From: Armatimonadia bacterium
GTDB lineage: Bacteria > Armatimonadota > Zipacnadia > Zipacnadales > UBA11051
Direction of reading: 5' to 3'
DNA length: 64,000 nucleotides
NCBI GenBank assembly: GCA_039683575.1
Contig: JBDKRC010000027.1
Span: forward strand, 27,698-91,697
Notes under the pieces: model-generated
Databases searched by the model: none
What the model was told of the DNA's origin: nothing
Seen by the model: only the letters and a program-made list of their open reading frames with translations
Shown here: positions 55,633-64,000 of the stretch, one piece after another
Numbering within the stretch: the stretch's first letter is position 1
How the letters are laid out: every line of letters starts with the position of its first letter
Program-made: the position numbers and the translations under genes

Positions 55633-56673
55633 ATGGCCCCAGCTAAGAAAAAAGCGGCGGTCGCCAAGAAGTCGACTAGAAAGGCCGCTGTGAAGAAAGT
55701 CCGCCTCGCGCTGATCGGTGCGGGCGGCATGGCAAACGGCATGCACTACCCGTCGCTGGCCGAGATGCCTGACGTCGAGATGGCGGCAATCTGCGATCTC
55801 GTCCCAGACAAGCTCAATGCCACCGCCGACAAGTTCGGTATCGAGAAACGCTACTGCGACTACAAGAAGATGATCGAAGAGGTCGCCCCGGACGCCGTCT
55901 ACGTCCTCATGCCCCCCCATCATCTCTTCGACATCGTCATCCACATCCTGAACCAGAAGCTCCACTGCTACATCGAGAAGCCGCCGGGTGTCACCAGCGA
56001 GCAGACCCGCCAGATGGCCAAGCTCGCCGAGAAGCAGGGCGTCATCGGCATGGCCGCCTTCAACCGCCGCTACATCCCCCTCATGCGGCAGTGCAAGGAA
56101 AAGGTACAGGCTAGCGGCGAGATCAACCAGGTCGTCTCCACGTTCTACAAGCAGCATGACGCTGGGGCATACTATGGCGGCGCCATTGACATCCTCAGTT
56201 GCGACGCCGTGCACGCCGTGGACGCCCTGCGCTTCATGGGCGGGGACGTGGTCGATTGCGTAAGCTCCGTCCGCAGCCTCGGCAAGGACTTCGATACCAG
56301 CTTCACCGCCATGGTCGAGTTCGAGAGCGGCGCCATCGGCGTGCTTTTGGCCAACTGGCAGACTGGGGGCCGCGTGCACCAGTTTGAGATGCACTCCCAC
56401 GGCGCCAGCGCCTTTATTGACCCCGACGAGAAGGCGATCCTGCACCTGGGCGGCAAGCTCAACGCGGAGACGATCACTGCAATCGAGGCCGCCGGCGGGC
56501 GCGAGGAGAAGTACTACAACTACGGCTTCTACGGCGAGAACCGGCACTTCATAGACTGCCTCAAGTCAGGCAAGCAGCCTGAGACCAGTTTCGCCGACGC
56601 CGTGAAGACCATGGAACTCGTGGACCTGATCTACGCCACTTCCATGACCTCGAACAGCAACCGCCAGATGTAG
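55633..56673 (+). CDS. Gfo/Idh/MocA oxidoreductase
   Basis: LALIGAGG, IEKPPG and FNRRY motifs; GGAGG RBS. Confidence 0.9.
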   Translation: MAPAKKKAAVAKKSTRKAAVKKVRLALIGAGGMANGMHYPSLAEMPDVEMAAICDLVPDKLNATADKFGIEKRYCDYKKMIEEVAPDAVYVLMPPHHLFDIVIHILNQKLHCYIEKPPGVTSEQTRQMAKLAEKQGVIGMAAFNRRYIPLMRQCKEKVQASGEINQVVSTFYKQHDAGAYYGGAIDILSCDAVHAVDALRFMGGDVVDCVSSVRSLGKDFDTSFTAMVEFESGAIGVLLANWQTGGRVHQFEMHSHGASAFIDPDEKAILHLGGKLNAETITAIEAAGGREEKYYNYGFYGENRHFIDCLKSGKQPETSFADAVKTMELVDLIYATSMTSNSNRQM

Positions 56674-56686
56674 GCGTTGCCGCTGA

Positions 56687-56732
56687 AACACACGGTGGAG
56701 GCCCGCATGTGTACGGGCCTCCACCGTGTGTT
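56687..56732. terminator. Perfect 19-bp hairpin, probable bidirectional terminator
   Basis: aacacacggtggaggcccg / cgggcctccaccgtgtgtt. Confidence 0.75.
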
Positions 56733-56830
56733 GGCTTCTATCGCAAAACAGTCCGTTTCCTCCTCCAATGGCCCATACTTGTTGGCCCTACATTATCTCG
56801 ACTGTTCGCACCCTCGATCCTCCACGGGCA

Positions 56831-57709
56831 TCACACAACGCGCAGGCCCCGCAATCCGACAAGACAATCGTATATCCAGTACTTGAGACTACGATCAACG
56901 TTGGCATGCGTCTCGAAGACAGCGGCCCTGGCCTCCTCCTTGCGCTCTGCTCGCGCCCTCATCCATGGCGGGTACGAAAGCTCAGGATACGCCCCTAACC
57001 AGACGAACCCGAACGCTGTCATGTAAGAATGAGCCTCTTCTCTACTTCCAAGACAAATCTGGCTAGGTCTCTTGCGCGTCAGGCTCCTCACTCCAAGCAG
57101 ATATGCCGGAAGATGCGGGTTTGAGGCAATGGCAAGCTGAAGTGCAGTATCCGCCTCAGGGCAGGGTCCATTACTCAGGTAAGCCCAAAGCGCCAGTGGG
57201 TACAACGCTGCCGCTGTCTGGTCCACGGCAAGTTGTTCTTTCTTCAACTTGTCGATTCGTAGAGCGTCCCGCAGCGCAACAAGATAATGCAGGAGATAGT
57301 ATCTTACCCTTTGGTTATCGTCCGGGTTCATAGCGAGAAGTTGCTCACAGTCCGCTATTGCTTCCCGATGACGCCCAGCATCCCATTTTGATCGCGCAAG
57401 ACCAAAAAGGGCATGCATATACGGGTGCATCTCCGGTTCGCTCCACCAGCGGATAGCATCGCCACCTTTTGGAAGGTACTTCAACTTCCGCTTACCAGCC
57501 TCCACGGCAGTCAGGTACATCTGGAGCTTTCCATCAGCATCACTTGAGGCATCTTCAGCTAGCAGCATAAGAGCATCTACATTGTCCGGACATATCTTGA
57601 GGGCTTTCTTGGCCAGAGCTATTCGATCACGCTTGGCACCGAGCACGCAAGCATTGCTCATCATGTCTTGTGCGAGACCGGCCAGAGCATCTTCCTGTAT
57701 TTTGCTCAT
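56831..57709 (-). CDS. TPR-like hypothetical protein (ST7-like), lower GC
   Basis: AKKALKICPDNVDA..LLAE, HPYM.A..GLA and LLAMNPDDNQRVRY motifs; GAGGTG RBS. Confidence 0.75.
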   Translation of the reverse strand: MSKIQEDALAGLAQDMMSNACVLGAKRDRIALAKKALKICPDNVDALMLLAEDASSDADGKLQMYLTAVEAGKRKLKYLPKGGDAIRWWSEPEMHPYMHALFGLARSKWDAGRHREAIADCEQLLAMNPDDNQRVRYYLLHYLVALRDALRIDKLKKEQLAVDQTAAALYPLALWAYLSNGPCPEADTALQLAIASNPHLPAYLLGVRSLTRKRPSQICLGSREEAHSYMTAFGFVWLGAYPELSYPPWMRARAERKEEARAAVFETHANVDRSLKYWIYDCLVGLRGLRVV

Positions 57710-57935
57710 TTCACACCTCAAGAATCCTGTTTGACAGGATCACCACTTCTTCATCCGCCAATATTGACCTGCAATCAGGCACATGGAGTGATCCGGTCAG
57801 ATCTTCGCCAAGTGAAGAACAGCCGCCACGGGGCGGCGTTTGCATTCTGCACATCATTTGCCTGAAACTTGATAGGGACTCGGTGGAGGCACAGCGAATA
57901 ATAGGAGCAAGCTCGGATCATCAGGAGGTGGCCAC

Positions 57936-58526
57936 ATGTCCAGACGCGGTTTCACACTGATCGAACTGCTGGTCGTGATCGCGATCATCGCGATCCTCGC
58001 TGCTATCCTGTTCCCCGTCTTCGCCAAGGCCCGTGAGAAGGCTCGCCAGTCCAGCTGCCTGTCAAACGTCAAGCAAATCTCGCTCGCTTTCCTTGGCTAT
58101 ATCTCTGACTACGATGAACGGACGCCGCATGGCTATTGGCTCCCCACCGGCGGCCCCAATGTGGCCGGCTGGAGCACTCGCTATCACTGCGCCATGACCT
58201 GCACCCAGCCGTACATAAAGAACATCCAGATCTTCCAGTGCCCAAGCGCCACGGGCATCTGGAACTGCTACTCGACCAACGTGAACTTCTGGAACTCCGC
58301 ACATTCCCTCGCCGAGTTCACCAAGCCGGCCGAGACCATCATGTTCGGCTGCTCCATCTACCTCGCGCCCTCGCAGGGCAACTGGTGCCTCAAGCCCCAG
58401 ATGCCCACACCCGTGTGTGGCGGTTGGCCTGCGGACCGTCACAACGACGGCACCAACTTCAGCTTTATGGACGGCCACGCCAAGTGGCTGCGCTCCCAGA
58501 ATGCGCTGAACCTGTACAGCCTGTAG
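57936..58526 (+). CDS. DUF1559 family protein (prepilin N-terminus, H-X9-DG)
   Basis: [47 protein letters not shown]. Confidence 0.92.
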   Translation: MSRRGFTLIELLVVIAIIAILAAILFPVFAKAREKARQSSCLSNVKQISLAFLGYISDYDERTPHGYWLPTGGPNVAGWSTRYHCAMTCTQPYIKNIQIFQCPSATGIWNCYSTNVNFWNSAHSLAEFTKPAETIMFGCSIYLAPSQGNWCLKPQMPTPVCGGWPADRHNDGTNFSFMDGHAKWLRSQNALNLYSL

Positions 58527-58535
58527 CCCAAAAGA

Positions 58536-58583
58536 AAAAGCCCCTCTGAAGTCCAGTGCTGAGCTTCAGAGGGGCTGGCTTTC
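58536..58583. terminator. Bidirectional terminator-like hairpin
   Basis: aaaagcccctctgaag...cttcagaggggct. Confidence 0.7.
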
Positions 58584-58594
58584 GATTGTTGTCG

Positions 58595-59221
58595 CTACGG
58601 TCTCCGCCCCACCGTCAGCAGCACCGCGTACTCCCGCATCTGCCCATTCCTCGGCTTGGGGATGCGCGTTACCTCGACCGTCCGCACCTCCACCAGCCCC
58701 GCCTGCGCGAACATCGCGTCCCTCTCCCCTACCCCGAACCCGTAATGCTCAACACCAGTGTTGTCATCGTGGAAGTCCTCACTGCCACCGTCCAGGTCGG
58801 CGACCGCCGCAAAGCCGCCTGCCGCCAGCCCGTTCGCCAGCTTGCGCAGCACCAGCGCGGGGTCGTGCAGGTGGTGGAAGGTCATGTTGCTGGCTACCAG
58901 GTCAAGTTCGCCCTCCGGCAACTCCTCGCGCTCCAGATCCAGCCGCACCGGACGAACGTTGGCAATCCCCGCGGCCTGCAGCTTCTGCTGCAGTTGCTCC
59001 AGCATCCCCTCCGCGCTGTCGGCGGCTATGATCTCTCGCAGGTGTGGCTGCAGGGCCAGCGTCACCAGCCCCGTCCCGCAACCGTAATCGAGTGCGCACA
59101 TGTCGCTACGCGCCGGCACTTCCCGCAAGATAGCCCCGGCGACCGCCCAGGCCAGCTTTACCCGGAAGGGGTTGTCATCCCACGTTGCCGCGGCCGCGCT
59201 GAAATCACGCTGTCCACTCAT
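58595..59221 (-). CDS. Class I SAM-dependent methyltransferase
   Basis: LDYGCGTG, MTFHH and FH....GVEHYGF motifs. Confidence 0.9.
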   Translation of the reverse strand: MSGQRDFSAAAATWDDNPFRVKLAWAVAGAILREVPARSDMCALDYGCGTGLVTLALQPHLREIIAADSAEGMLEQLQQKLQAAGIANVRPVRLDLEREELPEGELDLVASNMTFHHLHDPALVLRKLANGLAAGGFAAVADLDGGSEDFHDDNTGVEHYGFGVGERDAMFAQAGLVEVRTVEVTRIPKPRNGQMREYAVLLTVGRRP

Positions 59222-59225
59222 GCCG

Positions 59226-60518
<1,293 letters not shown>

Positions 60519-60586
60519 AGACACTACTTTCTGCAGTATTACAAGCCGCCAACGGCCTCACTATAGAACATAGACCCCCAAATGCA

Positions 60587-60615
60587 AAGACCGACCTCAG
60601 TTTGAGATCGGTCTC
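60587..60615 (-). terminator. Hairpin after dapL
   Basis: agagaccgatctcaaactgaggtcggtcttt on the minus strand. Confidence 0.5.
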
Positions 60616-60656
60616 TGACACACGCGCAGTGACGAAATGTTGTGCGGTAAGCGCCC

Positions 60657-61847
60657 TTACCACTCCAGCTTAAGGTTTTCCCGCATGGCCGCAATGGCCT
60701 CGGCGATCTGGGCCTGCTTGTCCTTGCCCTTGATCGTCAGCGAGAAGCGTACGAAGCCCTCGCCATAGTCGCCGTACACCGCGCCGGGGATCGCCAGCAC
60801 CTTGCAGTCGCGCAGCAGAGCCGTCGCGAAGCTCGCGCTGTCATAGCCCGGGGGCACCGGCACCCACACGTAGAACGTCGCCTTGGGCATATCCAGCTTC
60901 CAGCCGAGGCTGTTGAGGCCGCCGACGAACGCGTCGCGCCGGGCCTGGTACTCGCTCTGCAGCTTCGGCACCCACTCATCATACCGGTCGAGGGCCGCAA
61001 TCGCCGCCCGCTGGATCGCCATGAAGGTCCCGCTATCCACATTGCTCTTGCAGCGCGAGAGGGCCTCGACGAACGGCTTGCCGCCCATCGCCCAACCAAC
61101 GCGCCAGCCGGTCATGTTGAAAGTCTTGGACAGGGAGTGCATCTCGATGGCGACATCCTTGGCGCCGGGGATCTCGAGGATGCTGGCAGGCTTCACGCCA
61201 TCGTAGGCGACTTCGGAGTACGCACAGTCGTTGACGAGGATGATGTTGTTATCCTTCGCGAACGCGACTGCCTTCTCCAGAAACGCCAGGTCCGCGACGG
61301 CGCCCGTGGGATTGTTCGGGTAGTTCAGGAACATCAGCTTCGCGGCTTTGGCCACGCTCTTGGGCACCGCGTCGAAGTCCGGCAGGAAGCCGTTCTCGGG
61401 CAACAGCGGCATCGGGAACGCCGCGCCGCCGCACCACGTGGTCTGGACCTTGTAGACTGAATACGCCGGGTCCGGCACGAGCACGACGTCACTGGGGTCG
61501 ATATAGGCCCAGATGATGTGTACCAGGGCTTCCTTGGAGCCGATGATGCTCTGGATCTCGCCGTCAGGCGAGACTTCCACGCCAAAGCGCCGCTTGGCAA
61601 ACCGCGCGACTGCATCCTTGTATTCCGGAATCCCGAACCCGGTCTCGTCGTACGGGTGGGTCTCGGGGTCCTTGGCCGCCTCGGCCAGCGCTTCGATGAC
61701 GAAGTCCGGAGTCGGCATGTCCGGGTCGCCGATACCGAAGTCAATCGGCGTCTGCCCCTCGGCGATCATCTTCTGCTTGAGCATGTTGATCTCACGGAAG
61801 GGATACGGGGGGATGCGCTGGAGTCGTTGCGCCTGCGGAATGTCCAC
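60657..61847 (-). CDS. dapL: LL-diaminopimelate aminotransferase (class I/II)
   Basis: IPPYPF, GIGDPD, NYPNNPTG and SLSKTFNMTGWRVG motifs; adjacent to dapF. Confidence 0.85.
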   Translation of the reverse strand: MDIPQAQRLQRIPPYPFREINMLKQKMIAEGQTPIDFGIGDPDMPTPDFVIEALAEAAKDPETHPYDETGFGIPEYKDAVARFAKRRFGVEVSPDGEIQSIIGSKEALVHIIWAYIDPSDVVLVPDPAYSVYKVQTTWCGGAAFPMPLLPENGFLPDFDAVPKSVAKAAKLMFLNYPNNPTGAVADLAFLEKAVAFAKDNNIILVNDCAYSEVAYDGVKPASILEIPGAKDVAIEMHSLSKTFNMTGWRVGWAMGGKPFVEALSRCKSNVDSGTFMAIQRAAIAALDRYDEWVPKLQSEYQARRDAFVGGLNSLGWKLDMPKATFYVWVPVPPGYDSASFATALLRDCKVLAIPGAVYGDYGEGFVRFSLTIKGKDKQAQIAEAIAAMRENLKLEW

Positions 61848-61884
61848 GATTATGCCTCCTGAATCGCTTATGCGTCATTCACTG

Positions 61885-61978
61885 CCATCTGCTGCGGGGG
61901 CTCCGTACCCCGCCGGATCGTTACCCACGACTACCATGGCCCCGAGCGGCGGGGTACGGAGCCCCCTACAGCAGATGG
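61885..61978. repeat. GTAG-type REP doublet, same family as 52557-52636
   Basis: ccatctgctgcgggggctccgtaccccgccg...cggcggggtacggagccccctacagcagatgg. Confidence 0.85.
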
Positions 61979-61987
61979 GTCCTTGCC

Positions 61988-62854
61988 TTAGAGCCGCGCC
62001 CCCACGATGAACTCTTCGGCCACTTCGCCGTTGAAAGCCTCGGTGGCCGGTCCAGTCATGTAGATGTGATTGTCTGCCTCAGACCACTCGATCTCCAGGT
62101 CGCCGCCGAGCAGATGAACTGTGACCTTGCGGCCGCAATGACCGCCGAGGATGGAAGCGGTGGTGGTGGCGCAAGCCCCTGTGCCACAGGCCATCGTCTC
62201 CCCTGCCCCACGCTCCCAGACCCTCATCCGAACCTCGCTGTCGCTCAGCACCTGCACGAATTCCACGTTCGTCTTGCGCGGGAAAAGCTCATGGACCTCG
62301 ATCAGTGGCCCGTGGCCCAGCACCATGTCATCGGTGATCTCATCCACGAAGATGACGCAGTGTGGGTTACCCATCGAGACGCAGTTGGCCTCATAGGCAA
62401 TATCCGCCACCGGGATCACAACCTGCTGGGCAACGGCCTCGGGGTCGCCATTCATGGGTATCTGCCCCCGCGTCAGGCGCGGCTCGCCCATGTCCACTCG
62501 CACCGACTGCACTTTGCCGTCCTCCACCGTCAGCACCGGCTTGATGAGCCCGGCGCCAGTCTCCACCTCAAGCTCGGTCCTATCGGTCAGCCCGTGCTCG
62601 TATACGTACTTGGCAAAGCAGCGCACGCCGTTGCCGCACATCTCGGCTTCGGAACCATCGCTATTCAGGATCCGCATGCGGAAATCGGCCTGCTCGGATG
62701 GCAGGATCAGGATGATTCCGTCCCCGCCGACCGCAAAATGCCGGTCGGACAGAATACGCGACAACTCGGGCAGGTCATACAGCGACAGGTTCTCGGCCAG
62801 ACCATTGATGTAGATGTAGTCATTGCCAAGGCCGTGCATCTTGGTGAATCGCAT
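61988..62854 (-). CDS. dapF: Diaminopimelate epimerase
   Basis: FTKMHGLGNDY, EMCGNG, SMGNPH and ERGAGETMACGTG motifs. Confidence 0.97.
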   Translation of the reverse strand: MRFTKMHGLGNDYIYINGLAENLSLYDLPELSRILSDRHFAVGGDGIILILPSEQADFRMRILNSDGSEAEMCGNGVRCFAKYVYEHGLTDRTELEVETGAGLIKPVLTVEDGKVQSVRVDMGEPRLTRGQIPMNGDPEAVAQQVVIPVADIAYEANCVSMGNPHCVIFVDEITDDMVLGHGPLIEVHELFPRKTNVEFVQVLSDSEVRMRVWERGAGETMACGTGACATTTASILGGHCGRKVTVHLLGGDLEIEWSEADNHIYMTGPATEAFNGEVAEEFIVGARL

Positions 62855-62985
62855 GATCAGCTCCCAAACCTCACTAGAGGGGCGGGGCAGCCAGGCCCCT
62901 GCACACCTTCCGGGAGGTGCAGCCTGCCCCGAAGCCGAGCGGCTACGGGGCAGGCAAATACTCTACACAAGATCCCAGAGAGTCT

Positions 62986-63210
62986 CTACTCGTTCGCCCG
63001 GGACTGTGGCCCCAGCACCGCGATCGCGCTCTTGTAGACCAGCAGTTCGACGCTGCCCACGTCAAGCAGGATGGTGAAAGCGTCGCAGCTCTTGATGAAG
63101 CCCCGCAGGTCCTTGCCGTTGGTCAACACGACGCGAACAGCCGAACGGTTGGCAATCAGCTTCTTCAGGTACTCGTCTTGAATGCTAGCTTTGGCCGCCA
63201 TTGACGCCAT
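62986..63210 (-). CDS. hfq: RNA chaperone Hfq (divergent)
   Basis: IQD.YL, L.NG..L.G.I..D.FTILL and LVYKSAI motifs; directly after miaA. Confidence 0.85.
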   Translation of the reverse strand: MASMAAKASIQDEYLKKLIANRSAVRVVLTNGKDLRGFIKSCDAFTILLDVGSVELLVYKSAIAVLGPQSRANE

Positions 63211-64000
63211 CACCCTCCCAGAATCGAGACGTTACTCATGAGCCGCACCGCCGCGGCGAAGTCCTCGGGAGTAGTCCATTCGACCCACTGCATCTCTTCC
63301 CGACGAAACCACGTCAGTTGGCGCTTGGCGAAGCGCCGCGTGTCGCGTTTGATCTGCGCCACAACTTCGGAGAAATCACCATCATCCGCGCGCGTGCCGC
63401 GCGACTGGAGGAAACCGTAGAGGTGCCGGTAGCCGATGGCCTGCATCGCTTGATGCTCCAGCGTCAGCCCCAGGTCCCTGAGTCTGCCAACCTCCTCCAG
63501 CCACCCCGCCGCCAGCATGTCGTCCACACGCCGCTCAATCCGCTCGTAGAGCAGCTCTCGTGGGCATGTCAGGACAAAAGTCGCAGCATTATAGTTTAGT
63601 TTCTCCGCCTCGTCAACGCGGCTCAGCGCCGAAAACGGCTCTCCCGTATGCTCATGGACCTCCAGAGCCCGGATGATCCGTTTGGCATCAGCCGGCGCCA
63701 CCCTCGCGGCAGTGACCGGGTCAACCTCCGCCAACCGCCGATGCAGTGGCTCCAGCCCGCGCTCCCGAGCCTCCGCTTCCAGCCGCTGCCGTATCTCCCG
63801 CGTCTCGGGCATTGCGCCCGGCGGGAAACTCAGCCCGCGTAGCACCGAACGTACGTACAGCCCCGTCCCGCCACACAGGATCGGCAGCTTGCCGCGGCCG
63901 TGGACCTCCGCAATGGTGGTCCAGGCATCGCGCTGGTAATCCGCCACCGTGTACGGATCGTGCGGGTCCACGAAGTCTACGAGATGAAACGGAGCCCGCT
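63210..64000 (-). CDS. miaA: tRNA dimethylallyltransferase (5' end outside window)
   Basis: GGTGLY, RIIRALEV, QAIGY and TRRFAKRQLTWFR motifs. Confidence 0.95.
   Translation of the reverse strand, partial: RAPFHLVDFVDPHDPYTVADYQRDAWTTIAEVHGRGKLPILCGGTGLYVRSVLRGLSFPPGAMPETREIRQRLEAEARERGLEPLHRRLAEVDPVTAARVAPADAKRIIRALEVHEHTGEPFSALSRVDEAEKLNYNAATFVLTCPRELLYERIERRVDDMLAAGWLEEVGRLRDLGLTLEHQAMQAIGYRHLYGFLQSRGTRADDGDFSEVVAQIKRDTRRFAKRQLTWFRREEMQWVEWTTPEDFAAAVRLMSNVSILGG

Noticed and set aside
62855-62985. Lysine riboswitch upstream of dapF
   Set aside because: The spacer is only about 130 nt with simple hairpins (gcctgccccg...cggggcaggc). I see no recognisable L-box motifs.

Overview
GC-rich bacterial chromosomal segment of about 50 genes. 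Three DUF1559 prepilin/H-X9-DG genes and many carbohydrate-active hypothetical proteins suggest Armatimonadota or a similar lineage (inference). I found no rRNA, tRNA, CRISPR array, transposase or integrase. Recognisable content: a subtilisin, two GH172/DUF2961 hydrolases, a pterin operon (PCD, FolM-like, FolX/FolB-like, folK, folE) facing a divergent MoaA-like gene, rbsK, an 886-aa GreA-domain protein, GH20, a KAP NTPase-HEAT protein, GH4, a Tat-signal AmrS-like radical SAM gene plus DUF362, and miaA-hfq-dapF-dapL-hflX. The most unusual structure is at 5191-7660. The 3' end of a GH172 gene occurs three times in tandem: the intact gene, a 294-bp copy and an 82-bp copy. All three end at the same stop codon, and a different single cargo gene sits between successive copies. 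This looks like a gene-cassette array that uses a gene's 3' end as its recombination unit, with no integrase in the window. Also notable: probable non-canonical starts in the pterin operon, a MoaA paralog lacking catalytic arginines, an Hfq with altered RNA-binding residues, several REP-like repeat families, and a G-rich to C-rich skew switch across the window. All family calls come from motif recognition by eye, not database searches.
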